Shown: positions 50,293 to 61,435 of the stretch, one piece after another
Layout of the letters: each line of letters opens with the position of its first letter
Numbering within the stretch: position 1 is the stretch's first letter
Source: Candidatus Omnitrophota bacterium
Lineage (GTDB): Bacteria > Omnitrophota > Gorgyraeia > Gygaellales > Profunditerraquicolaceae
DNA: 64,000 bases
Direction: 5' to 3'
Assembly: GCA_041651115.1 (NCBI GenBank)
Contig: JBAZJY010000002.1
Span: 478,855-542,854 of the forward strand
Translations under genes and position numbers: made by a program
Notes under the pieces: generated by a model
Told to the model about the DNA's origin: nothing
Seen by the model: only the letters and a program-made list of their open reading frames with translations
The model's database searches: none

Positions 50293-51231
50293 ATGGATAA
50301 ATTAACCGTAATCAGCGGAAACGCGCATCCTGAATTAGCAAAGGATATCTGTAAATACCTTAAAGTTAAATTATCTAAAGCTTTGGTTACGCGTTTTAGC
50401 GAAGGCGAGATCCGTGTGCAGATTGACGAGAATGTCCGCGGCAAAGATGTTTTTCTAATACAGCCGACTTGCCCGCCGCCTAACGAAACCCTGATGGAGC
50501 TTTTGATCATGATTGATGCTTTAAAGCGCGCCTCTGCCCAAAGGATCACGGCAGTAATGCCTTTTTTCGGCTATGCCAGGCAGGACCGCAAAGACCAGCC
50601 GCGCGTGCCGATCACCGCAAAGCTCGTGGCTAATCTTTTAACTACCGCAGGCGCGCACCGCGTCCTGACCATGGACTTGCACGCCGGCCAGATACAGGGA
50701 TTTTTTGATATCCCCGTGGACCATTTATTCGCCGTAGGCGTATTTATTGATTATCTTTCCGGGCTTAAGCTTCAAGATATAGTTGTGGTTTCTCCCGATG
50801 TCGGCAGTATAAAAATGGCCAGGTCCTATGCCAAGCGGCTCTCGGCGCCCTTAGCAATAATCGATAAGCGCAGAGATTCCCCGGAGAAGACTGAAGTCAT
50901 GCATATTCTCGGCGAGGTAGAAGGCAAGAACGCGATCATTGTAGATGACCTGATCGCTACGGGCAGTTCATTGATCGAAGCGGTAGCGGCGCTTAAAAAA
51001 GCAAAATGCAAAACTATCCGCGCGGCAATTACCCATGGCGTGCTTTCCGGCCCGGCGATTGAGCGCATTGACAAATGCAAAGATTTGCTTGAGCTGGTGA
51101 TCAGCGACAGCATTCCTTTAGCAGAGGATAAAAAGCACGCCCGGATCAAGGTCCTTTCGGTAGCGGAGCTTTTAGGTGAAGCGATAAAAAGGATCCACTG
51201 GGAGCAGTCGGTCAGTTCGTTGTTTGATTAA
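50293..51231 (+). CDS. prs: ribose-phosphate pyrophosphokinase
   Basis: PRPP synthetase motifs (DLHAGQIQGFF; VDDLIATGSS). Confidence 0.92.
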   Translation: MDKLTVISGNAHPELAKDICKYLKVKLSKALVTRFSEGEIRVQIDENVRGKDVFLIQPTCPPPNETLMELLIMIDALKRASAQRITAVMPFFGYARQDRKDQPRVPITAKLVANLLTTAGAHRVLTMDLHAGQIQGFFDIPVDHLFAVGVFIDYLSGLKLQDIVVVSPDVGSIKMARSYAKRLSAPLAIIDKRRDSPEKTEVMHILGEVEGKNAIIVDDLIATGSSLIEAVAALKKAKCKTIRAAITHGVLSGPAIERIDKCKDLLELVISDSIPLAEDKKHARIKVLSVAELLGEAIKRIHWEQSVSSLFD

Positions 51232-51256
51232 TAAATAAAAAATTGGAGCGATTAAA

Positions 51257-51961
51257 ATGGAAGAGTTGATTTTGGAAGCAGAGTTAAGGGAGGGCGTGGG
51301 CACAAGCAAGTCAAGGGGCCTGCGCGCCCAAGGCTTTATCCCCGCAGTAGTTTATAAAGAAGGTAAAGAGGCTCAAGCCATTCGCATATCCAGCGGCGAG
51401 CTGATCCGGCTTTTGCACCAGCACAGGCTGGAAAACGCCATCGTTAATTTAAAGATCAAAGGTGACAAGAGCGCCAAGAACCGGCCTTGCCTTGTCAAAG
51501 AGATCCAGCATGACCCTGTGCACGGCAACGTGATACACGTGGATTTCAATGAAGTTTCCCTGACTAAGGTGATCAAGGTTAATGTGCCGGTTGCGGCAAA
51601 AGGCGATGCCGTAGGCGTAAAGCAGGACGGCGGTTCGCTTGAAGTTATCCTCTGGGAGATTGAGATCGAGTGCCTTCCGACGAATATACCCGAAGAGATC
51701 CCGGTTGACGTTACTAACCTGAAAATCGGTGACGGAGTGCACATAAGAGATATTATCGTGCCTGCGGGCGTGAAGATCCTTAATGAGCTTGACGCGACAG
51801 TGCTGCACGTGGTTGCTCCGATGAAAGAAGAAGTTCCTGTTGAAGCGGTTGAAGGCGAAGAGAAACAGGAGCCGGAAGTAATCAAGGAAAAGAAGGAAGC
51901 CCCGGCTGAAGGCGAAGCCGCAGAAGGTAAAGAAAAAGACAAAGAAAAAGAAAAGAAGTAA
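51257..51961 (+). CDS. rplY: 50S ribosomal protein L25/general stress protein Ctc, with acidic/lysine-rich C-terminal tail
   Basis: L25 N-terminal domain; glmU-prs-rplY-pth order. Confidence 0.85.
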   Translation: MEELILEAELREGVGTSKSRGLRAQGFIPAVVYKEGKEAQAIRISSGELIRLLHQHRLENAIVNLKIKGDKSAKNRPCLVKEIQHDPVHGNVIHVDFNEVSLTKVIKVNVPVAAKGDAVGVKQDGGSLEVILWEIEIECLPTNIPEEIPVDVTNLKIGDGVHIRDIIVPAGVKILNELDATVLHVVAPMKEEVPVEAVEGEEKQEPEVIKEKKEAPAEGEAAEGKEKDKEKEKK

Positions 51962-51965
51962 GCAG

Positions 51966-52535
51966 ATGAAGTTAATCGTCGGCCTGGGCAATCCCGGCAG
52001 GGCATATGCCGGTTCGCGGCACAATATCGGGTTTCTCGTGGTTGAAGCCCTGGCAAAAGAATACGGAGTAAAGCTCAAAAAAACTTTTGGCCGGCCCTGG
52101 ATTTGCGCAAAGGCTGAGATTGAAGGCAGCAGTGTGCTGCTGGCAGAGCCGCTGACATACATGAACCTTTCAGGCAGCGCCGTGGCTGCGCTGCTTAAAA
52201 AGAATAAGATCGGTATAAATAATCTGTTGGTGGTCTGCGATGATCTGGACCTTGACCTTGGGCGTTTAAAGATAAGGGACAATGGTTCTTCCGGCGGCCA
52301 CCGCGGGTTGGAATCAATAATCAGGTCTTTGGCTAGCCGCGAGTTCAGCCGTTTAAGGGCCGGCATCGGCAGGCCAGGCGATAATATGGACGCTAGCGAT
52401 TATGTGCTTTCACAGTTTAAGAAAGACGAAAAAAAGCAAGTCCTTGAAATAGTTGAAAAAGCCTGCGCGTGCGTAAGGTCATGGATCGCAGAAGGCGTGG
52501 ATAAGACGATGAATACCTTTAACAAAAAGGAGTAA
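51966..52535 (+). CDS. pth: peptidyl-tRNA hydrolase
   Basis: LIVGLGNPG...RHNIGF motif. Confidence 0.92.
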   Translation: MKLIVGLGNPGRAYAGSRHNIGFLVVEALAKEYGVKLKKTFGRPWICAKAEIEGSSVLLAEPLTYMNLSGSAVAALLKKNKIGINNLLVVCDDLDLDLGRLKIRDNGSSGGHRGLESIIRSLASREFSRLRAGIGRPGDNMDASDYVLSQFKKDEKKQVLEIVEKACACVRSWIAEGVDKTMNTFNKKE

Positions 52536-52539
52536 ATCA

Positions 52540-52824
52540 ATGAATAAGTATGAAGCAATGTTTATTGTAAAACCGGATCTGCCGGACGCGGAGAAAAAAA
52601 CCCTGTTTGGCCAGATTAGCGACGCCGTAACTAAAAGCGGCGGCAGCGTTTCGGCGGCAAATATCTGGTCGGAAAAGAAAAAACTCTATTTCCCGATCAG
52701 CAAGCAGCACGAAGGCGTGTATTACCTTGTAAATTTCAGCGTCACCCCGGATGCGATTGAAAAGATCCGGCATACCTATAAACTTAACGAGAATATCCTG
52801 AGGGTTTTGATTACGAGGGTATAA
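52540..52824 (+). CDS. rpsF: 30S ribosomal protein S6
   Basis: MNKYEAMFIVKPDL. Confidence 0.9.
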   Translation: MNKYEAMFIVKPDLPDAEKKTLFGQISDAVTKSGGSVSAANIWSEKKKLYFPISKQHEGVYYLVNFSVTPDAIEKIRHTYKLNENILRVLITRV

Positions 52825-52838
52825 TCAGGAGGGCAGAG

Positions 52839-53279
52839 ATGGCGAATTTTAACAAAGTACTTTTGATCGGTAATCTCACTAAGGATCCTGAGCTGCGCTA
52901 TACTCCGCAAGGGGTGGCCGTGGTCAACCTGCGCATGGCAGTGAACAGGAAATTCAAAGATAGAAATCAGGAATGGAAAGACGAAGTTTGTTTTATTACG
53001 GCAGTGGCCTGGGATAAGCAGGCAGAAACCTGCAACCAGTACCTGCGTAAAGGCAGCCCGCTTTTTGTTGAGGGCAGGCTTCAGTCGCGCTCATGGGAAG
53101 ATAATGCTGGACAGAAGCGCAGCGTCGTGGAAGTAAGGGCGGAACGCGTGCAGTTCCTTGGGCAGCCGTCAGGCCAGCCAAAGGCCCCTGCCAGCGAGCA
53201 GCCGGCTGCGGAGCTGCCTCCGGAAACTACAGAAGATACATGGTTAGAAGAAAGCGAGGATAAGGTTCATGAGGGTTAA
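52839..53279 (+). CDS. ssb: single-stranded DNA-binding protein
   Basis: OB fold ([21 protein letters not shown]) and an acidic C-terminal tail. Confidence 0.9.
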   Translation: MANFNKVLLIGNLTKDPELRYTPQGVAVVNLRMAVNRKFKDRNQEWKDEVCFITAVAWDKQAETCNQYLRKGSPLFVEGRLQSRSWEDNAGQKRSVVEVRAERVQFLGQPSGQPKAPASEQPAAELPPETTEDTWLEESEDKVHEG

Positions 53280-53535
53280 GACGAAATTCAAAAAAGACGC
53301 CAAGAAGAAAAAAGATAAGTTTATGCCGATGAGGAAAAAGATCTGCCGTTTTTGCGCGGATAAAAGCAAGACGATAGATTATAAGGACGTGAAGCGCCTT
53401 GAGCAGTTTATCAAGGAAAGAGGAAAACTCGTTTCCGCACGCATTAGCGGTAACTGCGCACGGCACCAAAGAAGGCTGGTAGAAGCAGTGAAACAGGCCA
53501 GGTACCTTTCTTTGCTGCCTTACACCAGGGTGTAA
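53269..53535 (+). CDS. rpsR: 30S ribosomal protein S18
   Basis: CRFC...[10 protein letters not shown] motif; the start could instead be the internal ATG at 53323. Confidence 0.85.
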   Translation: MRVKTKFKKDAKKKKDKFMPMRKKICRFCADKSKTIDYKDVKRLEQFIKERGKLVSARISGNCARHQRRLVEAVKQARYLSLLPYTRV

Positions 53536-53537
53536 AT

Positions 53538-53981
53538 ATGGAAGTGATCTTAAAGAAAGACGTGCAAAAACTGGGGAAAGCCGGCGATACCGTAAAGGTC
53601 AAGGATGGTTTTGCCAATAATTACCTTTTGCGTAACGGCCTTGCCGTGCCCTTGAATTCTTCCAATATCAGGAGACTGGAAGATGAAAAGCAGCATAAGG
53701 CCCTGGAATCACAGAAGCGCAAGAATGCGGCAGAAGAATTGGGGGTAAAGATTTCCAGCCTTTCCATTACTCTGCCGGTCCTGGTGCAGGAAGACGATAA
53801 ATTATACGGCAGCATAACCGCTCAAGAGATCTCCGTGGCCCTGAAGGAAGAAGGCTTTGAGGTAGATAAGAACTGCATTGCCCTTGAGGAGCCGATCAAG
53901 TCTTTGGGGATATTTGAAGTCCCGGTCAAGCTGCACCCGGAAGTCTCGGCAAAAATAAAAATCTGGATTGTGAAGAAATAA
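53538..53981 (+). CDS. rplI: 50S ribosomal protein L9
   Basis: MEVILKKDVQKLGKAGD. Confidence 0.9.
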   Translation: MEVILKKDVQKLGKAGDTVKVKDGFANNYLLRNGLAVPLNSSNIRRLEDEKQHKALESQKRKNAAEELGVKISSLSITLPVLVQEDDKLYGSITAQEISVALKEEGFEVDKNCIALEEPIKSLGIFEVPVKLHPEVSAKIKIWIVKK

Positions 53982-54000
53982 GGGAAGCCCAACCTAAAAC

Positions 54001-55338
54001 ATGCCTGAGTCTCTCATAGAAAAAGTCCCGCCGCAAAACCTGGACGCGGAAATGGCCGTGCTTGGCTCAATGCTGATTGACGAAGAAGCTATTTCCGTGG
54101 CCGCGGAGTCCCTGGACAGGAGCCTATTTTACAAAGATAGCCACAGAAAAGTCTTTGAAGCGATACTTGACCTTTATAATTCAAGCAAGGCAGTTGACCT
54201 GATCACGCTGACCGACGAGCTTAAGCGAAAGGGCGCGCTGGAAGGTATCGGCGGAGTGAGCTTCCTGACTAATCTTGCCAATTCCGTTCCTACGGCAGCC
54301 AATGTCGGCTATTACGTTTCCATCGTTAAGGAAAAAGGCATATTAAGGAACTTGATCAGTAATTCCACAAAAGTCATTTCCCTTTGCTATGAAAGCGACG
54401 GTAACGTTAATGAAGTTGTTGACGCCGCCGAACAGCTGATCTTTGAGGTCAGCGACCGCCGCATCCACGGCAGTTACCAGCATTTAAAAGAGATCATCAA
54501 GGAGAGCATAGAGAAAATCGATTTGCTCTATCAAAAAAAGGCCCATGTCACCGGCGTTCCCACCGGCTACGTGGATTTTGACATACAGACTGCAGGGCTC
54601 CAGCCGTCGGACCTGATTGTCGTTGCCGGCCGGCCGTCAATGGGCAAGAGCGCTTTTGCCCTGGGCATGGCGGAATACGCCGGCGTTGTGGCAAAGGTCC
54701 CGGTGGCATTGTTCAGCCTTGAAATGTCAAAAGAGCAATTGGTGCAAAGGATGCTTTGTTCGCATGCCAAGGTTGACGCGCATAAGGTGCGCACAGGGTA
54801 CCTGGCGACTTCCGATTGGCCGCGCTTGACCGCTGCGGCAGGCAAGCTTTCCGACTCGCCGATATTTATCGACGATACGCCGGCGATCTCCGTAATGGAG
54901 CTGCGCGCCAAAGCCAGAAGGCTTAAAATGCACCATAATATCCAGCTGCTCATTTTGGATTATATGCAGCTGATGCGCGGCTCAAGCCTGAACAGCGAAA
55001 GCCGTCAGCAGGAGATCTCTGAAATTTCCCGTTCGCTCAAAGCGCTGGCCAGGGAATTGAACGTGCCGATCGTAGCGATCAGCCAGCTTTCGCGCGCCGT
55101 TGAGTCGCGCACTGACCACCGTCCGCAGTTGTCCGACCTCAGGGAATCCGGGGCGATCGAACAGGACGCCGATGTGGTTGTGCTTATTTTAAGGGAAGAG
55201 TATTACAACCCGACTCCGGATAATCAGGGCACTGCCGAAATAATCATTGCCAAGCAGCGCAACGGCCCGGTAGGCACGGTAAAGCTTACCTTTATAAAGG
55301 AATATACGCGTTTTGAAAATATTGCCCGCGCAGAATAA
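54001..55338 (+). CDS. dnaB: replicative DNA helicase
   Basis: DnaB N-terminal domain and Walker A GRPSMGKSAFAL. Confidence 0.93.
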   Translation: MPESLIEKVPPQNLDAEMAVLGSMLIDEEAISVAAESLDRSLFYKDSHRKVFEAILDLYNSSKAVDLITLTDELKRKGALEGIGGVSFLTNLANSVPTAANVGYYVSIVKEKGILRNLISNSTKVISLCYESDGNVNEVVDAAEQLIFEVSDRRIHGSYQHLKEIIKESIEKIDLLYQKKAHVTGVPTGYVDFDIQTAGLQPSDLIVVAGRPSMGKSAFALGMAEYAGVVAKVPVALFSLEMSKEQLVQRMLCSHAKVDAHKVRTGYLATSDWPRLTAAAGKLSDSPIFIDDTPAISVMELRAKARRLKMHHNIQLLILDYMQLMRGSSLNSESRQQEISEISRSLKALARELNVPIVAISQLSRAVESRTDHRPQLSDLRESGAIEQDADVVVLILREEYYNPTPDNQGTAEIIIAKQRNGPVGTVKLTFIKEYTRFENIARAE

Positions 55339-55379
55339 TATTTGACCCTGCCGGAGATTGTGATATCATAGTAATAATT

Positions 55380-57746
55380 ATGCCGCGAAAAATTTCCATA
55401 TTAATATCTTCTATGTTGATCCTGGGGCTGGCAGCTTTTTCCTATGCGCAGCCGTCCGAGCAGGAACCGTCCGAAAAGGGCACCCCTTCCGAAATAGTCA
55501 CTACCATTGAAATAAAAGGGAATAAATCCATCAGCAGCAACGTGGTCATTTCAAAAATGAAGACCAAGGTGGGCGCGTCATATCAGGAGAACGTAGCCAG
55601 TGACGACCTTAAGAGGCTTTACCTTTTGGGCTTCTTTGAAGACATTAAAATGGATACTGAAAGCCATAAAGGCGGGGTCAAGGTCATCGTTACGGTCGTA
55701 GAAAGGCCGATAATCGAAAAGATCACTTTTTCCGGGATCACGCATATAACGATGAAGGATGAGAAGCTCAAGGATTCCTTAAAGTCCAAAGAAGGCCAGT
55801 ATCTTGATTATCCTAATCTGGCGGAAGATATCCAGACGTTCAAGAAAATGTACGATAAGATGGGTTATAGCCGCGCGGAAATAATTTACAAGGTTGATAT
55901 TGATAAAGAAACCAATAAAGCAAAAGTAAATTTTGATGCCGTTGAAGGGAAAAAGATGCGCATCGGCGCAATTACTATCGAAGGCAATAAGGCTTTTTCC
56001 GACAGCAAGATCCTGAGGCTGATTAAAACAAAAAAGGCCTGGCTGTTTAATGCCGGCGTGCTTAAGGAAGAGGTGCTTGGGGAAGATATGGACCGCATCA
56101 AGGCATTTTATCGCAAGAACGGTTTTATTGACGCTGTGGTTGATTACGAGGTTACCTCGGATGACAAGAAGTCCATGTATTACATTATTATTACGGTAGA
56201 AGAGGGAAAAAAATTCCTTGTCGGCAGCGTTACCATAGCGGGCAATAAAGATATTTCCGAAAAGGAGATCCTCGCCAGGATCCAGGAAGCGACGCCGGAT
56301 AAGGTATATAACCCGGATGCGGTAAGGGTGGATGCCGCCAATGTCCAGGGTTTGTATTTTGACCGCGGATATATTTCGGCGCAGGTAGAAGACAGCACTT
56401 CGGTTGACCCGGCCACCAACCGCGTGAACATTACCTATAATATCATTGAGAACGAAGTAACTTATGTGGATAAGATAATGATCGTCGGTAATGTCAAGAC
56501 TAAGGACGTGGTAGTCCGCCGCGAATTAAGGATAAAGCCGGGAGAGAGGTTTGACGGAGAGAAACTGCGGCGCAGCAAAGAAAGGCTGCAGAACCTCGGG
56601 TTTTTTGAAGATGTCAGCTATGATACGAAAGATACGGATACCGCTAATAAAAAGGACCTGGTGGTGGACGTAAAAGAAGCCAAGACCGGGGCTTTCAGTT
56701 TCGGCGGCGGTTACAGCACGGTTGACCAGTTCGTGGGCTTTGTGGAAGTAGAGCAGAAGAACTTTGACTGGAAAAATTTCCCGTATTTTACGGGCGCCGG
56801 ACAAAACCTGAAATTCCGCGCTTCTTTCGGCAGCACTACCGACGGCTTTGACTTGAGCTTTACCGAGCCGTGGCTTTTTGATTACCCGGTATCTTTCGGT
56901 TTCGACGGGTACAAGCGTAAGCACGACAGGGACACCGACGTCGGTTACGGCTATGATGAAGATATCACCGGCGGCGACATCCGCCTGGGTAGGGAGTTTT
57001 CCGAGTACATTTCCGGCAATATGGCCTACCGTTATGAAACTATAAAGATCGGGAATATTTCCGACGACGCCACAAACGACCTGCGCGATGAAGTCGGCAC
57101 TAACGGCATTAGCAGCATGGAATGGGCTTTGAGCTTTGACAGTCGCAACAACGTCTTTGATACTACCAAGGGCAACCTTTTTACCGGGGGATTGACTCTG
57201 GCAGGCGGGCCTTTTGGCGGGGATAAAGACTTTTGGAAATTTGCCGGCAGGGCATCCCATTATTTTCCGTTGGTGAATAATTCCGTGCTTGAAATCAGGG
57301 GCAGGGTCGGGCTTGCCGATCCTTACAGTAACACTAAAAAGATCCCGATCTATGAAAGGTTCTTTGCCGGCGGCGCGGATACGATAAGGGGATATCATGA
57401 AAGAGGCATTGGCCCGGTTGACCCGGTTTCAAAAGACCCGCTGGGCGGCGATTCGTTTTTCGTGGGCAATATAGAATATACTTATCCGTTGTTTGATTTT
57501 CTCAAGGTCGCCGCGTTTTATGATGTAGGCAACGTCTGGCAGAAAATGGGGGATATTTTTTCCGGTAGCGACACCAGCGACCCGCTTAATACCGGAGGCC
57601 TGAAGTCAGGCATAGGTTTTGGCGTGCGCATTAAGACGCCTATAGGCCCGATCAAGCTTGATTACGGCATTCCTATGAATAAGGAGCCCGGTGAGGATAG
57701 TATAGGCAGCGGCCGTTTTCATTTCAGTATGAGCCAGGGATTTTAA
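55380..57746 (+). CDS. bamA: outer membrane protein assembly factor BamA
   Basis: Signal peptide, five POTRA-like repeats, Omp85 barrel, C-terminal Phe. Confidence 0.9.
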   Translation: MPRKISILISSMLILGLAAFSYAQPSEQEPSEKGTPSEIVTTIEIKGNKSISSNVVISKMKTKVGASYQENVASDDLKRLYLLGFFEDIKMDTESHKGGVKVIVTVVERPIIEKITFSGITHITMKDEKLKDSLKSKEGQYLDYPNLAEDIQTFKKMYDKMGYSRAEIIYKVDIDKETNKAKVNFDAVEGKKMRIGAITIEGNKAFSDSKILRLIKTKKAWLFNAGVLKEEVLGEDMDRIKAFYRKNGFIDAVVDYEVTSDDKKSMYYIIITVEEGKKFLVGSVTIAGNKDISEKEILARIQEATPDKVYNPDAVRVDAANVQGLYFDRGYISAQVEDSTSVDPATNRVNITYNIIENEVTYVDKIMIVGNVKTKDVVVRRELRIKPGERFDGEKLRRSKERLQNLGFFEDVSYDTKDTDTANKKDLVVDVKEAKTGAFSFGGGYSTVDQFVGFVEVEQKNFDWKNFPYFTGAGQNLKFRASFGSTTDGFDLSFTEPWLFDYPVSFGFDGYKRKHDRDTDVGYGYDEDITGGDIRLGREFSEYISGNMAYRYETIKIGNISDDATNDLRDEVGTNGISSMEWALSFDSRNNVFDTTKGNLFTGGLTLAGGPFGGDKDFWKFAGRASHYFPLVNNSVLEIRGRVGLADPYSNTKKIPIYERFFAGGADTIRGYHERGIGPVDPVSKDPLGGDSFFVGNIEYTYPLFDFLKVAAFYDVGNVWQKMGDIFSGSDTSDPLNTGGLKSGIGFGVRIKTPIGPIKLDYGIPMNKEPGEDSIGSGRFHFSMSQGF

Positions 57747-57767
57747 TTTTCTAAGGGAGGAGACAGA

Positions 57768-58268
57768 ATGAAAAAGACAGGGTTAGTTTTAGCGTTAACG
57801 TTTTTGTTCGCGATGGGCTTGGCGGCAACCGCATCCGCAGCGGAAAAACTTGCTTATGTGGACTTGAGCAAGATCTTCAGCGAATATAAGAAGACCAAGG
57901 ATTACGATAAAGTGCTCGGAGACAAGGAAAATATTTATACTACCGAGCGGGACAAGAGAATAAATGAGATCAAGCAGATGCAGGATAAATTAAACCTCTT
58001 AAGCGATAAGGAAAAAGAGGCGAAGAAGCCGGAGATGGAATCCAAGATCAAGGACCTGCAGGAATATGACCGCCAGAAACAGACCGACCTGCGCAAGGAC
58101 CAGGATGAAAAGATGAAGGAAATACTTAAGGACATAGAAGAAGCGATCAAGCAGCATTCGCAATCTGCCGGCTATACAATGGTATTTAACGACCGCGTGC
58201 TTGTTTATCAGGATAAGGGCCTTGATATTACCGATAAGGTTATGGAGATCCTGAACAAGAAGAAGTAG
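57768..58268 (+). CDS. skp: OmpH/Skp periplasmic chaperone
   Basis: Signal peptide plus a coiled-coil region rich in K/E/Q; bamA-skp-lpxD order. Confidence 0.8.
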   Translation: MKKTGLVLALTFLFAMGLAATASAAEKLAYVDLSKIFSEYKKTKDYDKVLGDKENIYTTERDKRINEIKQMQDKLNLLSDKEKEAKKPEMESKIKDLQEYDRQKQTDLRKDQDEKMKEILKDIEEAIKQHSQSAGYTMVFNDRVLVYQDKGLDITDKVMEILNKKK

Positions 58269-58300
58269 CAATCGCTTTGCTGCTTAAAGCTGGTGCCGGC

Positions 58301-59329
58301 ATGCAAAAGACTTTAAAGGAAATAGCTGATTTTATCGGCGGGGAAATTGTCGGAAACGGCAGCACCGTTATAACCGGGGTATGCGGCATAAAAGAGGCCA
58401 GGCAGGGCGATATCACTTTTCTTGCCAACGTCAAGTACCTTCCCTTTATAGATAAGACAAACGCTTCCGCGATCATTGTCTCAGACGAAATAAAAACGGC
58501 GCCTAAACCGGTTATCCGCGTTGTAAACCCTTCGCTGGCATTCATTAAAGCAGTTTCGCTCTTTTCCCGCGTAGACATAAAGCTGCCGGCAGGAGTGCAT
58601 CCTACGGCGGTATTGGGTAAAAATGTTTCGTTGGGCAAAGATGTCGCGATCGGGCCATATACGATTGTTGACGACGGGTCTTCAATCGGCGACAATACCG
58701 TAATTTACGGGCAGTGTTATATCGGCAGCCAATGCCGTATCGGCTCTAACACGCTGATCTATCCTCAAGTTTCATTGAGGGAGCTCGTCGTTGTCGGCAA
58801 CCGCGTGATCATTCATAACGGCGCGGTTATCGGCTCAGACGGTTTCGGGTACCTGCCGGTTGACGGCACGCACCGGAAGATCCCGCAGCTGGGGACAGTT
58901 GAGATATGTGATGACGTTGAGATCGGCGCGAACGTCGCGATTGACCGCGCGCGTTTTGATAAGACCATAATCGGCAAAGGCACTAAGATTGATAACCTTG
59001 TGCATATCGCGCATAATGTGGTTGTCGGGGAAAATACGCTTATTATCGCGCAGGCGGGCATTTCCGGCAGCACCACTATCGGTAAGGGCGTGACGATTGC
59101 CGGCCAGGCCGGGCTGGTGGGGCATATTACCATAGGCGACGGCGCGATCCTGGCAGCGCAGGCAGGCGTGACTAAATCCGTGCCTGCCAATACGCTTGTT
59201 TCAGGTTACCCTGCCAAGCCGCATGAAACGGCAAAGAAGGTTAATGCCTGTTTACAGAACCTGCCAAGGCTCTATGAGCTGGTGAAACAGTTGGAAAAAA
59301 AGATCAAAGAATTGGAATCCCATGGATAA
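58301..59329 (+). CDS. lpxD: UDP-3-O-acylglucosamine N-acyltransferase
   Basis: Left-handed beta-helix hexapeptide repeats; start at the ATG at 58301 (the ORF track used a TTG). Confidence 0.9.
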   Translation: MQKTLKEIADFIGGEIVGNGSTVITGVCGIKEARQGDITFLANVKYLPFIDKTNASAIIVSDEIKTAPKPVIRVVNPSLAFIKAVSLFSRVDIKLPAGVHPTAVLGKNVSLGKDVAIGPYTIVDDGSSIGDNTVIYGQCYIGSQCRIGSNTLIYPQVSLRELVVVGNRVIIHNGAVIGSDGFGYLPVDGTHRKIPQLGTVEICDDVEIGANVAIDRARFDKTIIGKGTKIDNLVHIAHNVVVGENTLIIAQAGISGSTTIGKGVTIAGQAGLVGHITIGDGAILAAQAGVTKSVPANTLVSGYPAKPHETAKKVNACLQNLPRLYELVKQLEKKIKELESHG

Positions 59330-60632
59330 ACAAAGGACCATTGAAAAAGAAGTAAGCGCCGAAGGCATCGGGCTGCATACGGCAAACAAGATAAAGGTCA
59401 TCCTTAAGCCGGCAGCCGAAGGTTCGGGGATTGAATTTGTAAGGGTTGATCTGCCGGATAAGCCGGTGATCAAGGTCGCCTTTAACAATGCTATTTCCCA
59501 ATCGCGCAGCCTGCGCCGCAGTTCAGTCGGCAGGGAAGGCGTGGATGTCCATACTATTGAACATTTGATGGCAGCCGCCACCGGCGTGGGAATAGATAAT
59601 TTGCGTATTGAGATCAACGGCAATGAAGTGCCTGGCCTTGACGGAAGCAGCCTAAGTTTTATCGAACTGTTTTTAAAAGCAGGGATAAGGGAGCAGGAAA
59701 AAGAGCGGCAATATTTTGTCGTGCGCGAGCCGATATACGTGGAAGAAGACAGCGCTTCGATCGTTGCCGTGCCGTTTGACGGCTTTAAGATCTCTTATAC
59801 CTTGAACTATGACCATCCTTTTCTTAAGACGCAGTTTAAGTCGCTGGAAATAAACGCCGACAGCTTCAAATCCGAGCTTGCGCCGGCAAGGACATTTTGC
59901 CTTGAAGAAGAAGCCAGCGAGCTTAGGCAGCAGGGCGTGGGCAAAGGCGCAAATTACGAAAATACCCTTGTTGTGGGCAAGGATGGCGTGGTTAAAAATA
60001 AACTGCGCTTTGATGACGAATTTATCCGGCATAAGATGTTAGATCTTATGGGCGACCTCTCGCTGGCCGGCATGCCTATAAAAGGACACATCATTGCCTT
60101 GCGCAGCGGCCATTCGTTGAATATGAAGCTGGTAAAAAAGATCAGCCAACAGGTTGAAAAGAATGCGCTGGGCGCCATCGGCATTAATTATCGCCCCAAC
60201 GAAGGGGAAGAGTTGGATGCTGCCACGATCATGAGTATCCTGCCGCATCGCGACCCGTTCTTATTTGTGGACAGGATAACTTTCCTGGAAAGGGGCAAGC
60301 GCGCCGTAGGCATTAAGAACGTGACGATAAACGATTATTTTTTTCGCGGGCATTTTCCGGGAAAACCGGTCATGCCCGGCGTGATCATCATTGAGGCAAT
60401 GGCGCAGGTCGGCGGGATAATGATGCTTTCTCCGGAAGAAAACCGCGGGAAGCTGGCTTTTTTCATGGCGATCAATAACGTGAAATTCCGTAAAACCGTT
60501 GTGCCCGGAGACCAGCTGGTTTTTGAGGTCATTGCCGGAAAGATAAAATCAAAGACCGGCCAGGTGCACGGTAAGGCCCTGGTTGACAATAAAGTCGTGG
60601 CAGAGGCGGACCTGATGTTCGCCTTGGCTTAG
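59322..60632 (+). CDS. lpxC-fabZ: bifunctional LpxC deacetylase / FabZ dehydratase fusion
   Basis: N-terminal 280 aa is LpxC-like; the C-terminal 150 aa is a FabZ hot-dog domain ([11 protein letters not shown]...[20 protein letters not shown]). Confidence 0.9.
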   Translation: MDKQRTIEKEVSAEGIGLHTANKIKVILKPAAEGSGIEFVRVDLPDKPVIKVAFNNAISQSRSLRRSSVGREGVDVHTIEHLMAAATGVGIDNLRIEINGNEVPGLDGSSLSFIELFLKAGIREQEKERQYFVVREPIYVEEDSASIVAVPFDGFKISYTLNYDHPFLKTQFKSLEINADSFKSELAPARTFCLEEEASELRQQGVGKGANYENTLVVGKDGVVKNKLRFDDEFIRHKMLDLMGDLSLAGMPIKGHIIALRSGHSLNMKLVKKISQQVEKNALGAIGINYRPNEGEELDAATIMSILPHRDPFLFVDRITFLERGKRAVGIKNVTINDYFFRGHFPGKPVMPGVIIIEAMAQVGGIMMLSPEENRGKLAFFMAINNVKFRKTVVPGDQLVFEVIAGKIKSKTGQVHGKALVDNKVVAEADLMFALA

Positions 60633-60634
60633 AA

Positions 60635-61432
60635 ATGATCAATACGCATATGCGCATTCATCCTACTGCTTCGGTTTCCAAAAACGCAAAACTGGCTGAT
60701 AGTGTAGTTGTCGGCGCGAATTCCATTATCGCAGATAACGTTGCGATCGGCGCGGGCACGAAGATCGGCGCGTTTTGCCTGATTGAGGGTAATACCACTA
60801 TCGGCAAGGATTGCGAGATCTTTACCGGAGCGGTGATCGGCTCGCGGCCGCAGGACCTTAAATTTAAGGGCGAAAAAACATTCCTTGAGATCGGGGATAA
60901 TAACATCATCCGCGAGTATTGCACTTTTAATCCCGGCACAGGAGAGGGCGGTAAGACGGTAGTCGGGAATAACAATCTCTTCATGGCGTATTCCCACGTT
61001 GCCCACGACTGTATGGTAGGCAGCGGCTGCGTTATCGCCAATAACGGCACGCTGGCCGGCCATGTCACCATAGAAGATAAAGCGGTGATCGGCGGTTTGG
61101 TTGCCATACATCAGTTTGTGCGCATCGGCATGCTTTCGATCATCGGAGGCTGCTCAAAGGTCGTGCAGGACATCCCGCCGTTTTCTACCTGCGACGGGCA
61201 CCCGGCGCGCATATACGGCCTTAATCTTATCGGCTTAAGGCGCAGCGATATTTCTAAAGATTCCATCCATCAGCTTAACCACGCGTTTAAGGTATTATTT
61301 GACAGCGGGCTTTCCATAAAGCACGCTTTAGAGGCCCTGGGAAAGGAAGCGAAATTATACGATGAGGTGGCTTACCTTATTGATTTTGTGAAGAATTCCC
61401 AGCGCGGCCTTACCCGTTCCTGTCGAGGTTAA
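60635..61432 (+). CDS. lpxA: acyl-ACP--UDP-GlcNAc O-acyltransferase
   Basis: Hexapeptide repeats and the LpxA C-terminal helical domain. Confidence 0.9.
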   Translation: MINTHMRIHPTASVSKNAKLADSVVVGANSIIADNVAIGAGTKIGAFCLIEGNTTIGKDCEIFTGAVIGSRPQDLKFKGEKTFLEIGDNNIIREYCTFNPGTGEGGKTVVGNNNLFMAYSHVAHDCMVGSGCVIANNGTLAGHVTIEDKAVIGGLVAIHQFVRIGMLSIIGGCSKVVQDIPPFSTCDGHPARIYGLNLIGLRRSDISKDSIHQLNHAFKVLFDSGLSIKHALEALGKEAKLYDEVAYLIDFVKNSQRGLTRSCRG

Positions 61433-61435
61433 TCC

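Noticed and set aside
51373-52366. Long minus-strand ORFs (227 and 305 aa) across rplY-pth
   Set aside because: They are antisense to two well-supported conserved genes, with low-complexity Ser/Phe-rich translations and no start context.
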